Shown: positions 9,932 to 19,780 of the stretch, one piece after another
How the letters are laid out: the number at the start of each line of letters is the position of its first letter
Numbering within the stretch: position 1 is the first letter of the stretch
Assembly: GCA_903857865.1 (NCBI GenBank)
Contig: CAIOGO010000009.1
Coordinates: 5,396 to 69,395 of the forward strand
Reading direction: 5' to 3'
DNA from: an uncultured bacterium
GTDB taxonomy: Bacteria > Bipolaricaulota > Bipolaricaulia > UBA7950 > UBA9294
DNA length: 64,000 bases
Notes under the pieces: model-generated
Database searches by the model: none
Told to the model about the DNA's origin: nothing
Seen by the model: the letters and a program-made list of their open reading frames with translations, nothing else
Program-made: the position numbers and the translations under genes

Positions 9932-11536
9932 CTAATGGTCGAGGATGTCCCAGTTCTTCCACGATTCGCCGCCGATGGCAGCGAACGTCCGCACGACATA
10001 AGGCTTCGTCAACTGGTTGAAGGTGTAGAAGTAGATCGGAATGAACGCGACGTCCGTGTCGCAGATCAGGATCTCGGCCTGCTTGTAGAGGTCAAGACGC
10101 ACAGCCGGATCCAACTCCACGGCCGCCTGCTCGACGAGCGCGTCGAACGCGGGGCTGTTGTACTTCTCGTAGTTATTTCCCGACCCCGAATGGAAGACGT
10201 CGTTCATCCAGTTGTTGCCGTCCGGGTAGTCCGCGCACCAACCCATGCGGAAGACCTGCGGCGCGTCGGCGGAGCAGGTGGCGAGGTAGACGCCCCACTC
10301 CTGGTTCGTGATGTTGATCTTGATCCCGAGGGTGTCCATCCAGCCCTGACCGATGAACTGCGCGATCTTCATGTGCGCCTGGCTGGTGTTCACCATCAAC
10401 GTGACCTCGGGGAAGCCCACGCCGCCCGGATACCCGGCGTCGGCGAGGTACTGCTTCGCTGCCTCAGGGTCGTACGGATACCCAATCCCGAGGGAGACGC
10501 CGTCCACGTACCCGAAGATTCCGGGCGGGGTCCAGGTCTGGGCCGGCTTCTGGTTCCCCTTCAGGACGTAGTCAATCAGGGACTGCCGGTCGACCGACGA
10601 GGCGAGGGCCTTGCGAACGAGGATGTTGTCAAGCGGCGGCTTCGCGGAGTTAAGCCCGTAGCGGTACGTGCAGAGGCGCGGGGCCTGCTGGAGCTCCAGA
10701 GATAGGACGGGATCGGACTTAATCCGGTCCATGTCCTCGAGCGGCGGGGTGTCGTCGACATCGAGAACTCCTGCCTCGTACATCGCCATGGCCGTCGACG
10801 CCTCGTTGACCATGGTGCAGTAGACCTCGTCGATCTTGACGCTAGCCACGTCGTAGTAGGCGACGTTCTTCACGAGCACCAGGTGATCCTCGTGCACCCA
10901 CTCACCGAGGACGTACGGGCCGTTGGTGACGATATTCGCCGCCTCTGTCCACTTATCCCCGTACCTCTCGATTGCAACCTGGGGCAGCGGAGCGCAGAGC
11001 CAGAGCGCGGCCATGGTTGGGAAGTACCCAGCCGGGAAGTTGAGGGTGATGGCCACCGTGTGGTTATCGAGGGCCTTAACCCCTACGTCATCCGCGCTCC
11101 CAACACCGGTGTTGTACGCCTCCGCGCCCTTGATGAGGTAGAGGACGTACGCGTACTCGGATGCCGTTTCCGGGGCGAGGAGCCGCTTGATCCCGTATTC
11201 GACGTCCCCCGCGGTAACTGGGATTCCGCTCAGCGTCCAGTTCCGGTCCGTCCAGTAGACGTCGCTTCGAAGGTGGAAGGTCCAGGTGACTGTCGCCGCG
11301 TCGAATTCCCAGCTCGTCGCGAGATCCGGGAGGACGGCCATCGTCGCGTCGTCGAACTGGCAGAGGCTGATGAACATCGCCTTGAGGATCTGATGAGATG
11401 TCGTATCCGTCGCCAAGCTTGGATCGAGGGATGGAGGTTCGGTCGCGAGGTTCCAGTGAAGCGTCTTCGCTTGTCCGGCAACTACAACGCCGGCAAGCAG
11501 CGCCACGACGAGAGCAAAGAGCCACAGTTTCTTCAC
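9932..11536 (-). CDS. oppA: Oligopeptide ABC transporter substrate-binding protein OppA (family 5)
   Basis: Signal peptide, EPPSLDP, PDLATSWE, NGPY, and RMGWCADYPD. Confidence 0.93.
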   Translation of the reverse strand: MKKLWLFALVVALLAGVVVAGQAKTLHWNLATEPPSLDPSLATDTTSHQILKAMFISLCQFDDATMAVLPDLATSWEFDAATVTWTFHLRSDVYWTDRNWTLSGIPVTAGDVEYGIKRLLAPETASEYAYVLYLIKGAEAYNTGVGSADDVGVKALDNHTVAITLNFPAGYFPTMAALWLCAPLPQVAIERYGDKWTEAANIVTNGPYVLGEWVHEDHLVLVKNVAYYDVASVKIDEVYCTMVNEASTAMAMYEAGVLDVDDTPPLEDMDRIKSDPVLSLELQQAPRLCTYRYGLNSAKPPLDNILVRKALASSVDRQSLIDYVLKGNQKPAQTWTPPGIFGYVDGVSLGIGYPYDPEAAKQYLADAGYPGGVGFPEVTLMVNTSQAHMKIAQFIGQGWMDTLGIKINITNQEWGVYLATCSADAPQVFRMGWCADYPDGNNWMNDVFHSGSGNNYEKYNSPAFDALVEQAAVELDPAVRLDLYKQAEILICDTDVAFIPIYFYTFNQLTKPYVVRTFAAIGGESWKNWDILDH

Positions 11537-11680
11537 AGCTTTCCTCCTTGGTTGTCACCGCTAACGCCGCATCCAAGGAGAGGAAGCCTTCCGCCGCCAT
11601 CCCGGCTGCGCCGTTCAGCACTTCACTGCAAGGCTCCCGCTGGGAACCTTGCTACATCGATCCAACAGAGAGGCGAGATT

Positions 11681-11709
11681 AGTATGCGTTGTGGCCGCCA
11701 GCAAGTCAA
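11681..11709 (-). promoter_or_regulatory. Putative sigma70 promoter of oppA
   Basis: Minus strand reads TTGACT-N17-CATACT. Confidence 0.55.
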
Positions 11710-11742
11710 CAGGATCGACGTGGAACCTCCAAGGAGTGGGGC

Positions 11743-11771
11743 TTGTCTTGACTTGGAGCGACCTGTATACT
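11743..11771 (+). promoter_or_regulatory. Putative sigma70 promoter of the divergent operon
   Basis: TTGTCT-N17-TATACT. Confidence 0.55.
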
Positions 11772-11870
11772 GGCATCACTCTCCACTAGGCTTGCACAGG
11801 CAGTGCGGTGGTGCCTCGGCAGTGCCGCAATGCACTGTGTGTTCCAACACGAAAAGGAGGCTCCGTAGTG

Positions 11871-12314
11871 ATGAAGAGACTCGTAACTGGTCTTCTCCTC
11901 GCATCCCTGCTCTTGGTTGCCGGGGTGGCGTCTGCAAAGACCATCTCCATCTATGACGACCCGAACGTGACGCTACTGGTCAAGTCGGACGGATCGACCG
12001 CGTGGCTGTTCGTCATGAATGCGGGCGCGGGTGCCATGAACCAGCTGTACATCAACTTCCTGCGCAACGCGAACGTCGATCTCGCGGGTTCGTATGTCTA
12101 CAAGGCGGATGGGACCGTGGTCGCGTTCACGCTGACGGACACGGATGCTCGCGGGTGGGATGTGGCGACGAACGGCGACGGCACGATCCAGCGCTTCTGG
12201 CTGCCTGCCGATGTCCTTCCGTACGAGTACGTCGTCGTGAAGATCGACCTGGACAGCACGGCTGGGCCGATCGGCGTCTTCTTGGCGCAGCTCGGCTTTT
12301 TCAGCGTCCAGTAG
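11871..12314 (+). CDS. Secreted hypothetical beta-rich protein
   Basis: AAGGAGG RBS, signal peptide MKRLV...ASA-K, and native codon usage. Confidence 0.75.
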   Translation: MKRLVTGLLLASLLLVAGVASAKTISIYDDPNVTLLVKSDGSTAWLFVMNAGAGAMNQLYINFLRNANVDLAGSYVYKADGTVVAFTLTDTDARGWDVATNGDGTIQRFWLPADVLPYEYVVVKIDLDSTAGPIGVFLAQLGFFSVQ

Positions 12315-12447
12315 CCGGTGACGTAGCGGCCGACCTCACGTAGTGCGTCGGCGCGCTGCGACGCAGGGTCAACGTGAGTGTGCGGCTCGTCGGCGGGGCG
12401 TGGAAAGAGGGCGCCTCCCGAGGGGAACGCAACAAGGAGGGAAGTAC

Positions 12448-15006
12448 ATGAGGCTTCGCGGAATACTTTGTATGGTTCTGATTCTTGGAACCTTCGTGGG
12501 GCTGCTCGCTGTAGCCGAGCAAGGCCCGTTCGCGGACTCGATCGTCTTCGACGTCCGCATGCAGGAAGAGATCGCGATTCAGGACGTTGCCGCCGGCAAC
12601 AGCGACATCTTCTTCTACGCCGTCTCGGGAAGGACCATCAGCGGCGTGGACCAGGCGACGCTCGACAAGCTCGAGCTCTACGTTTCGCCTGGAACGTCGT
12701 ACTCGCTGCCGTTCAACCCGTATCCGAATGTCGCGCCGTACTTCGCGGCGGATATCGATGACGGTGTCGAGTACTTCAACCCGTTCGCCATCCAGGCCGT
12801 GCGCTTCCAGATGCACAACCTGGTGAACCGCCGGCAGATCGTGGACGAGCTCCTCCTGGGCAGCGGCGAGACGGCCATCCTCTCGGTCACCCCGAGCTCG
12901 GCTGGCGCGTTCAAGCTCTACCTCGAGGCGAGCAAGCTCGGCCTCACGGACGTCGGGAACAAGGACCTCGCCCGAACCGAGATCCTGAAGGCGATCGAAG
13001 CCGCGGCCGCACTGCCCGCGATGGGCGGCAGGCTGACGAAGGTCACCGCTGCCGACGCCGCCGGGAAGAACGAAGGCGGCTGGTGGTGGACATTTGACGG
13101 ACAGCCCGTCACGGTCAAGTTCTTGATCCGCGTCGACGACCCGAACATCCGACTCCCGATGGGTCGTTTCATTGCGGCCGATGTCGAGACGTGCCACATC
13201 AAGGTGGATCGCATCGAGCGCAACCGCTCGTTCTGCATTCCGGAGTACCAGACGGACCCCGCGCGATTGCAGTGGCACATGTACACGGAGGGATGGGGCG
13301 GCGGCGGCGTGAACAAGTGGTGGGAAGGCTCCATCGCCCAGTACTACTCTGGTTGGTATTCCGGCGCGTATCCTGGCTGGAACGATCCCGGCAACTACTG
13401 GACGTTCACGAACCCGATTTCGGAAGACGTGACGAAGCGCCTCATCTTCGGGCAGTTCCAGACGATGGATGAGTACTGGGACCTCATGGCCACGGCGGCG
13501 CGCGAAGGCTTGAAGGACTCGATGCGCGTCTACCTCGCCGGCCAGCTTGGCTACTACGCCGTCAACAAGGCGGCGTTCGAGAGCCGCTTCCTCTACGGAC
13601 TCGGTGTCGGCCTCAACTGGTCGTCGCAGTACTCGATGATCCCGGTGAACAACGATCGGCCGGTCCGCATCACGCAATTCTCGTCGATCGGCTCGCTGTT
13701 CCTCAACCCGTGGGATCCAGTCGGCACGGAAGGGTTCAACGACCTCTACGCGTCGACGATCTCGAACGTCTGCACGGACCTCTTGGCGCAGAACGCCATG
13801 GGATCGGCCGTTGAGACGGGACTCCTCACCAAGTGGGAGAACGTGACGTCGGGCATCGACTTCAGCGGCGCCGAGCCGGTAGGTACGATCGACGTTCCGG
13901 CCGCGGCCACCGAGTGGAATTCCGGCACGAAGGCGTGGACGTCCACGGGCAACGAAGTCTCGTGGGCCAAGGCCGATTTCGTGATGAACATGCCGAAGTG
14001 GCAGGACGGGAGCGACTTCTCGCTGCTTGACTTTGCCTGCGCGGAAGGGTTCGCCACGAACTGGGCCACGCTCGACTCCGAGAACGATGCGGAGTACGAC
14101 TCCGGATACTCGGCTCAGGTGTCGCCGGGATTCGCTTACGCCCACGGGTCGATCTACAACTGGGCAACGAACACGATCACCAACTTCTACGACTACAACT
14201 TCCCGGACACGAACCGACTGGGCAGCGCGGGAATCCCGAGCCTCTGGTCGCGAGCCGCGAACTTCGGCCAGGGCGTCAAGTACCCGATTTACGAGGCGTT
14301 GGGCCGCATCGTCGCCTCGGGCACGAGCGAGTCGGGCACGGTGTACGCGTTCACGTTGAACCCCGGCTTTGTTGAGCCGGACGTCCTGACGCCGTCGTGC
14401 GTCGCCGACATCCGCGCCGAGCTGGTCAAGATGGCCGCCGAGAAGTTCGTGCCGGCATATCTCGTCCCGCTCCTCCCGGCAGCCGGGAAGACGGCCGATG
14501 ACATCGCCAACGACTATCAGTTGGCGATCAACTTCATCGACACCTACGGGCACGCCTACCTCTCGAACGGCGGGTACATCATCACGAAGTTCGATCCCGC
14601 CAACAACCAAATCACGGTGAAGGCGAACCGCGATCCGAGCTACGGCTTCACGACGCAGACCTGGCTTGACCTCTTCTCGGTCGGCGAGGCGCGCATCGAC
14701 GAAGTCACGCCGCCGTTCGTGGCGGTTGCCGGGCAGGACGCCTCGGTCACCCTCAAGGTGAGCCAGGCGATCTTCCCGTACGACGAGTTCGAGCCGGCGA
14801 CGACGCTTGCCGTCACCCTGATCTTTGTCGGGCCGAAGGGCGAGGTCACTCTGAACGCTACCAAGGCGGCGCCGGGCGAGTACTCGGTCGTCATCCCGGG
14901 CAGCGCGACGAAGGGTCTCTCTGCCGGCGGGTACGTCATCGTGGGCGTTGCGGCTCCGGCCGACGGCCTTGCCGTCTCCCTTGGCGCAACGCTGCTCATC
15001 CAGTAA
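12448..15006 (+). CDS. Large ABC substrate-binding protein (family 5, archaeal/Thermotoga-like) with C-terminal Ig-like extension
   Basis: AAGGAGG RBS and signal peptide. Motifs FNPFAIQAVRF, YTEGWG, WDPVGTEGFND and GHAYLSNGGY. Followed by permeases. Confidence 0.85.
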   Translation: MRLRGILCMVLILGTFVGLLAVAEQGPFADSIVFDVRMQEEIAIQDVAAGNSDIFFYAVSGRTISGVDQATLDKLELYVSPGTSYSLPFNPYPNVAPYFAADIDDGVEYFNPFAIQAVRFQMHNLVNRRQIVDELLLGSGETAILSVTPSSAGAFKLYLEASKLGLTDVGNKDLARTEILKAIEAAAALPAMGGRLTKVTAADAAGKNEGGWWWTFDGQPVTVKFLIRVDDPNIRLPMGRFIAADVETCHIKVDRIERNRSFCIPEYQTDPARLQWHMYTEGWGGGGVNKWWEGSIAQYYSGWYSGAYPGWNDPGNYWTFTNPISEDVTKRLIFGQFQTMDEYWDLMATAAREGLKDSMRVYLAGQLGYYAVNKAAFESRFLYGLGVGLNWSSQYSMIPVNNDRPVRITQFSSIGSLFLNPWDPVGTEGFNDLYASTISNVCTDLLAQNAMGSAVETGLLTKWENVTSGIDFSGAEPVGTIDVPAAATEWNSGTKAWTSTGNEVSWAKADFVMNMPKWQDGSDFSLLDFACAEGFATNWATLDSENDAEYDSGYSAQVSPGFAYAHGSIYNWATNTITNFYDYNFPDTNRLGSAGIPSLWSRAANFGQGVKYPIYEALGRIVASGTSESGTVYAFTLNPGFVEPDVLTPSCVADIRAELVKMAAEKFVPAYLVPLLPAAGKTADDIANDYQLAINFIDTYGHAYLSNGGYIITKFDPANNQITVKANRDPSYGFTTQTWLDLFSVGEARIDEVTPPFVAVAGQDASVTLKVSQAIFPYDEFEPATTLAVTLIFVGPKGEVTLNATKAAPGEYSVVIPGSATKGLSAGGYVIVGVAAPADGLAVSLGATLLIQ

Positions 15007-15017
15007 GACGGTGCTTG

Positions 15018-15115
15018 GCGGGCTCGGCGTGAGCCGAGCCCGCTAGGTCCTAGGATTGAAGGTTGTTCTAGATAGCGGGCGGTGTTGGGTGCGCACTGCG
15101 CCGACACTGCCCGCT
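15018..15115 (+). terminator. Two hairpins after the substrate-binding protein gene
   Basis: GCGGGCTCGGC-gtga-GCCGAGCCCGC, then AGCGGGCGGTGTTGG...CCGACACTGCCCGCT. Confidence 0.55.
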
Positions 15116-15158
15116 TTCCTGTGATGACGCCCCACGTGGGGGGAAAGGAGGAGAGTGC

Positions 15159-16214
15159 ATGTACTGGAAGTACTTCGTGCGCCGCATTCTCTACGCGGTG
15201 ATGATTCTAGCCATCACCGTGTTCGTCTTCTCCGCACTCTTCAGCACCGTCGCCGAGCAGGTTCTTCGGGCGCAGATCATTGAGCAGGTGAACGCCGAGG
15301 CCCTGACCCTGGCGCGCCAGCGGACGAGCCTCGACCCGAATGCCGCGCAGGTGTTCCGCGAGTACCGAACGCAGCAGCTCATTCGGCGTCACAGCCTCGA
15401 TCAGCCGATGGCCGTACGAGTCGTCAAGCGCACGTTGGACGCGCTGACGCTCCAGCTCGGCAACTCGACGCAAATCAAGTCGGCGGCGGGCGAGACCGAC
15501 GTGATGACGATCATCGCCGAGCGAATCCCGCGCACGCTCTTGCTCTTTGGCGTGGTCGCGGTGATCGACATCGTTGCCGGCGTCTGGCTTGGCATGAGGA
15601 AGGCGAGACAAGCGGGAAAGCTCATGGATCGGTCGACGGACATCGTGACGATGATCGTCTTCGGGCTGCCCACCTGGTGGCTTGGCATGCTCTTGATCAT
15701 GGTGTTCGCGTTCGCAATCCCGATCTTCCCGTCGGGCGCCATGCACGCCTCGCCTCCCCCCGAGTCCTCGCTTGGGTACTTCCTTGACCTGATGTATCAC
15801 CTGGTGCTCCCCGTGTTCACGTTGGTCATCCTGGGATTCTGGGGACGGGCCTACATCACGAGGAACATCGTCCTCAGCACACTGCAGGAGGACTTCATCA
15901 TGTCCGCCCGGGCGCGCGGCCTCTCGGAGCGACGGATCCTGTTCGGGCACACGCTGCGTGCCGCGGCGCCGCCGATCGTGACGATGTCTCTTCTCGCGCT
16001 CTTGGGCAGCGTGGGGGGTGCGCTCATCTTCGAGGGCATCTTCAGTTGGCCGGGGCTCGGCAACCTCTACTGGGTCGCGGTTCAGCAGAACGACATCCCC
16101 GTCCTCATGGGCAATCTCACCGTGACCACGGCGCTCTACATCGGCGGACTGGCGTTCCTCGATCTCATCTACGGGTTCCTCGACCCGCGCGTGAAGGTAG
16201 GAGGTAAGGCATGA
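15159..16214 (+). CDS. Peptide ABC transporter permease (OppB/DppB-like)
   Basis: EDFIMSARARGL, FSWPGLG, and LDPRV. Confidence 0.92.
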   Translation: MYWKYFVRRILYAVMILAITVFVFSALFSTVAEQVLRAQIIEQVNAEALTLARQRTSLDPNAAQVFREYRTQQLIRRHSLDQPMAVRVVKRTLDALTLQLGNSTQIKSAAGETDVMTIIAERIPRTLLLFGVVAVIDIVAGVWLGMRKARQAGKLMDRSTDIVTMIVFGLPTWWLGMLLIMVFAFAIPIFPSGAMHASPPPESSLGYFLDLMYHLVLPVFTLVILGFWGRAYITRNIVLSTLQEDFIMSARARGLSERRILFGHTLRAAAPPIVTMSLLALLGSVGGALIFEGIFSWPGLGNLYWVAVQQNDIPVLMGNLTVTTALYIGGLAFLDLIYGFLDPRVKVGGKA

Positions 16215-17608
16215 AGGGCGCGCGTTTCTCGGGCCTGCGGCGGTTCTGGGACGAGTATCGCCAGGTGAAGTCCGGGCTCATCGGCATCGGCCTCCTCGTT
16301 GTGTTCATTCTCATCGTGCTCCTTGAGCCCGTGGCCTTGCCGTACCGTCAGGCCAACGAGCGGTGGCGCGATATCAACTACTGGCAGGACAGCCCGCGCC
16401 TCGCGCTCCCGGTGTGGGTGAACTGGTTCACGTCGAAGGACTACCCGCGCTCGACCGTCATTTCGGAGCCAAAGCGCGAAGAGGTCGCGACCGGAACCTT
16501 GCGGGTCATCACGATGGAAGTCCCCTACGAGTTCACGTCGGGCCATCCGCCGTCCGACCTGTACTACAAGCTCTACTTGACCGGGCGCGCGTCGATCGCA
16601 TTTGAGTTCATCCGTCCGGACGGAGAGAAGGTCGAGTTGCGCCGGTCGACGGCCGTCGACGGCGCGCAAATCCTGAGACTCTCGGCCATCGAGACGCTGC
16701 AGGAGCGCGCCTACGCCTTGGGGGCGAAGTACGAGGACCCGAACGTGGCGAAGAGCCGCAACCCGCGCATGATCGACACGATGGGTGTCTTGTTCGGCCA
16801 AGCCGCGAGGGGCATCTTCATCAAGCCCGCCATCCTGGACGGCACGTACAGGATGAGGATCCAGGTGGCACTCGTCAACGAACAGTCCCAGCTCAACAAA
16901 GCGGAGTTCGTCGTGCTCGGCGGCGTGTCCGGGATCCTCGGGACGGACGGCGACCGGCGCGACCTGTGGTGCGGGTTCATCGCCGGGACGAAGTGGGCGT
17001 TGTTGATCGGGCTCCTGACGTCGCTCATCTCGGTCGTGGTCGGCGTGGTGTACGGCGTGGCGGCGGGCTACTTCGGCGGCTGGATCGATGCTCTGATGAA
17101 CCGTATCTTCGAGGTGGTCTTGAGCATCCCGCTCCTCCCTATCCTGATCGTCATGAGCGCGGTGTTCAACCCGAGCATCTGGATCATCATCGCGATGATG
17201 TGCCTCTTCTTCTGGGTCGGGCCGGTGAAGACCGTTCGGTCGATGGCCCTACAGATCAAGGAGCACAGCTACATCGAAGCGGCAAAAGCCCTCGGGGCGT
17301 CGCACCGCCGGATCTTGTTCCGGCACATGATTCCGCAGCTCATTCCGTACTCCTTTGCCTCGATGGCGCTCTCCGTGCCGGGCGCGATCTTGTACGAGGC
17401 GAGCATCAGTCTTATCGGGCTCGGCGACCCGACGATCGTCAGCTGGGGGCAAGTGCTGCGCGACGCGTTCTCCAGTGGAGCCGTGCTCCAGGGGATCTGG
17501 TGGTGGATTATCCCGCCCGGGGTGGCCATCGCCTTGATGGGGATGACGTTCGCGTTTATCGGGTTCGCGATGGACACGATCCTCAACCCGAAGCTCAAGA
17601 CGAGGTAG
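16211..17608 (+). CDS. Peptide ABC transporter permease (OppC/DppC-like) with large extracytoplasmic insert
   Basis: GILGTD, YIEAAKALGAS, and SWGQVL. Confidence 0.92.
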   Translation: MKGARFSGLRRFWDEYRQVKSGLIGIGLLVVFILIVLLEPVALPYRQANERWRDINYWQDSPRLALPVWVNWFTSKDYPRSTVISEPKREEVATGTLRVITMEVPYEFTSGHPPSDLYYKLYLTGRASIAFEFIRPDGEKVELRRSTAVDGAQILRLSAIETLQERAYALGAKYEDPNVAKSRNPRMIDTMGVLFGQAARGIFIKPAILDGTYRMRIQVALVNEQSQLNKAEFVVLGGVSGILGTDGDRRDLWCGFIAGTKWALLIGLLTSLISVVVGVVYGVAAGYFGGWIDALMNRIFEVVLSIPLLPILIVMSAVFNPSIWIIIAMMCLFFWVGPVKTVRSMALQIKEHSYIEAAKALGASHRRILFRHMIPQLIPYSFASMALSVPGAILYEASISLIGLGDPTIVSWGQVLRDAFSSGAVLQGIWWWIIPPGVAIALMGMTFAFIGFAMDTILNPKLKTR

Positions 17609-17611
17609 AGA

Positions 17612-18589
17612 ATGGCGAAGGAACGAGTTCTGGAGGTCAGGGATCTTGAGCTGCACTACTTCACCCGCAAGGGTGTCGTGAGGGCGGTCGACAAGATCAG
17701 CTTCGACTTGCGGCAGAGCGAGACGTTGGGCGTCGTCGGGGAGTCGGGCTGCGGCAAGACGACCATGGGGACGGCGCTGTTGAACATGCCGACGCCGCCC
17801 GGCCGGATCGTCGGGGGGCAAATCCTCCTCGATGGGCACGACGTACTCAAGCTGTCGGAGACGGAGATCCGGCGAAGGGTGCGCTGGGAGACGATCTCGA
17901 TGGTGTTCCAGGGGGCGATGAACTGCCTCACGCCGGTGTACACGATCAAGAAGCAGATGAAGGAGACGCTCCGGCAGCACCGCGAGATGTCGAGGCAGGA
18001 GATGGACGCGAGGATGAAGAAGTACCTCAACCTCGTCGGCCTGTCGGATGACGTCCTGCGGCGATACCCTCACGAGCTGTCGGGAGGCATGAAGCAGAGG
18101 GTGGTCATCGCGATGGCCCTGTTCCTCGAACCGAAGGTCGTCATCTGCGACGAGCCCACGACGGCGCTTGACGTCGTGGTCCAGGCGCAGGTCATCAACC
18201 TCCTGAAGGATCTGAAGGACGAGCTCCAGGTGTCCTTCATCTTCATCACGCACGATCTGTCGATCGAGGCCGAGGTCTCCGACCGCATCATGATCATGTA
18301 CGCCGGGCGGATCGCCGAGATCGGAACGAACGAGCAGATCTACGGCCCTCAGGGTCCCGCTCACCCCTACACGCAGCGGCTGCTCGCCGCCACGCCACGG
18401 CTGCACGAGGAAGTAGCGGAACTCGCCTTCATCCCCGGAACTCCTCCGGATCTGGTGGCGCCGCCGACGGGCTGTCGGTTCCACCCGCGGTGTCACGTGG
18501 TGATGGAGCGGTGCTCGCGCGACGATGTGGGGCTGCGGGAGATCGAGCCCGACCACCTGGTCGCCTGCTGGAGGTGCTTCAATGACTGA
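17612..18589 (+). CDS. oppD: Peptide ABC transporter ATP-binding protein OppD/DppD
   Basis: GESGCGKT, YPHELSGGMKQR, DEPTTALD, and C-terminal GCRFHPRC. Confidence 0.93.
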   Translation: MAKERVLEVRDLELHYFTRKGVVRAVDKISFDLRQSETLGVVGESGCGKTTMGTALLNMPTPPGRIVGGQILLDGHDVLKLSETEIRRRVRWETISMVFQGAMNCLTPVYTIKKQMKETLRQHREMSRQEMDARMKKYLNLVGLSDDVLRRYPHELSGGMKQRVVIAMALFLEPKVVICDEPTTALDVVVQAQVINLLKDLKDELQVSFIFITHDLSIEAEVSDRIMIMYAGRIAEIGTNEQIYGPQGPAHPYTQRLLAATPRLHEEVAELAFIPGTPPDLVAPPTGCRFHPRCHVVMERCSRDDVGLREIEPDHLVACWRCFND

Positions 18590-19652
18590 GCCCATTCTCG
18601 TTGCCGAGAACCTGACCAAGTGGTTCCCGGTCAAGAGGACGTTGACCCAGATCACGCGCGGAGAGCGGACCTGGGTTAGAGCCGTCGACGGCGTGTCGTT
18701 CTCGATCAACAAGGGGGAGATCTTCGGCCTGGTTGGCGAGTCCGGCTGCGGGAAGACGACGACGGGCAAGCTGATCATGAAGCTTCTCGACATCACCGAC
18801 GGCCGACTGCACATGCATGGCGATGACGTCACGCACATCCAAGGCGCGAGGCTTGCGAAGCATCGGCGGGAAGTGCAGATGATCTTCCAGGACCCGTACT
18901 CCTCGATGAACCCGCGGTTCACCGTGCGCGACGTCTTGATGGAGCCCTTGGAGATCCACAAGGTGGGTCAGAATCTGCAGGAGAGGGAGGTCTGGGTTCG
19001 CGAGATCTTGAACGAAGTCAAGCTCTCTCCACCCGACGAGTTCCTCGTCCGCCATCCCCACATGTTGAGCGGCGGACAGCGGCAGCGGGCGGCCACGGCG
19101 CGGACGCTGATGCTGAACCCGAGCGTCATTGTCGCGGACGAGCCGGTGTCGATGATCGACCTATCGACGCGGGCCGAGATCCTGTCCATGATGCGCCAGC
19201 TGCAACGTGAGCTGGGGCTGACGTACGTGTACATTACGCACGACCTGTCCACGGCCCGCTACTTCGTGGATCGGCTCGCCGTGATGTACCTCGGCAAGAT
19301 CGTCGAGATGGGACCGGCAGGAGTGGTCATCGATCGCTGCCTGCATCCGTACACGCAGGCGCTCATCGGCGCGGTTTGCGAGCCAAAGTCTGGCCGAGTC
19401 AATCAAATCAAGGACGTGCCGATCAAGGGCGAGATCCCGGCCGCGACGAACATCCCTCCCGGTTGTCGATTCCACCCTCGGTGCCTGTTCAGCGTCCCCG
19501 AGTGTTGGGAAGAGGTCGAGCCCACGCTCGTCGACGTTGGCGGCGGGCACATGGTGGCCTGTCGGCGGCATGAAGACATCGAGAAGCGCGGAGCCGCGGC
19601 GAGGACGTCCGACGCGTCACTCGGCGTGCGCCGCTCGAGCTTCGAGGCTTGA
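18582..19652 (+). CDS. oppF: Peptide ABC transporter ATP-binding protein OppF/DppF
   Basis: GESGCGKT, LSGGQRQR, DEPVSMID, and GCRFHPRC. Confidence 0.93.
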   Translation: MTEPILVAENLTKWFPVKRTLTQITRGERTWVRAVDGVSFSINKGEIFGLVGESGCGKTTTGKLIMKLLDITDGRLHMHGDDVTHIQGARLAKHRREVQMIFQDPYSSMNPRFTVRDVLMEPLEIHKVGQNLQEREVWVREILNEVKLSPPDEFLVRHPHMLSGGQRQRAATARTLMLNPSVIVADEPVSMIDLSTRAEILSMMRQLQRELGLTYVYITHDLSTARYFVDRLAVMYLGKIVEMGPAGVVIDRCLHPYTQALIGAVCEPKSGRVNQIKDVPIKGEIPAATNIPPGCRFHPRCLFSVPECWEEVEPTLVDVGGGHMVACRRHEDIEKRGAAARTSDASLGVRRSSFEA

Positions 19653-19780
19653 GACGGACGGGGTCCCGGAGGCAGAATCTGTTGCCGGGGCCTCGTGTCT
19701 TTCTGGGGAGGGCAGCGCCCGGCGAAGCGAGGTCGTTCGCGCGGACGACGTGAGCTAGACTCGTGCCAAAGGAGGGGGGC

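Noticed and set aside
12301-14610. 769-aa minus-strand ORF, and similar long ones (2590-4224, 19403-21463, 21860-23626, 49445-51535, 51846-53936)
   Set aside because: These are antisense shadows of well-supported genes. High GC3 suppresses stop codons and they carry no family motifs.
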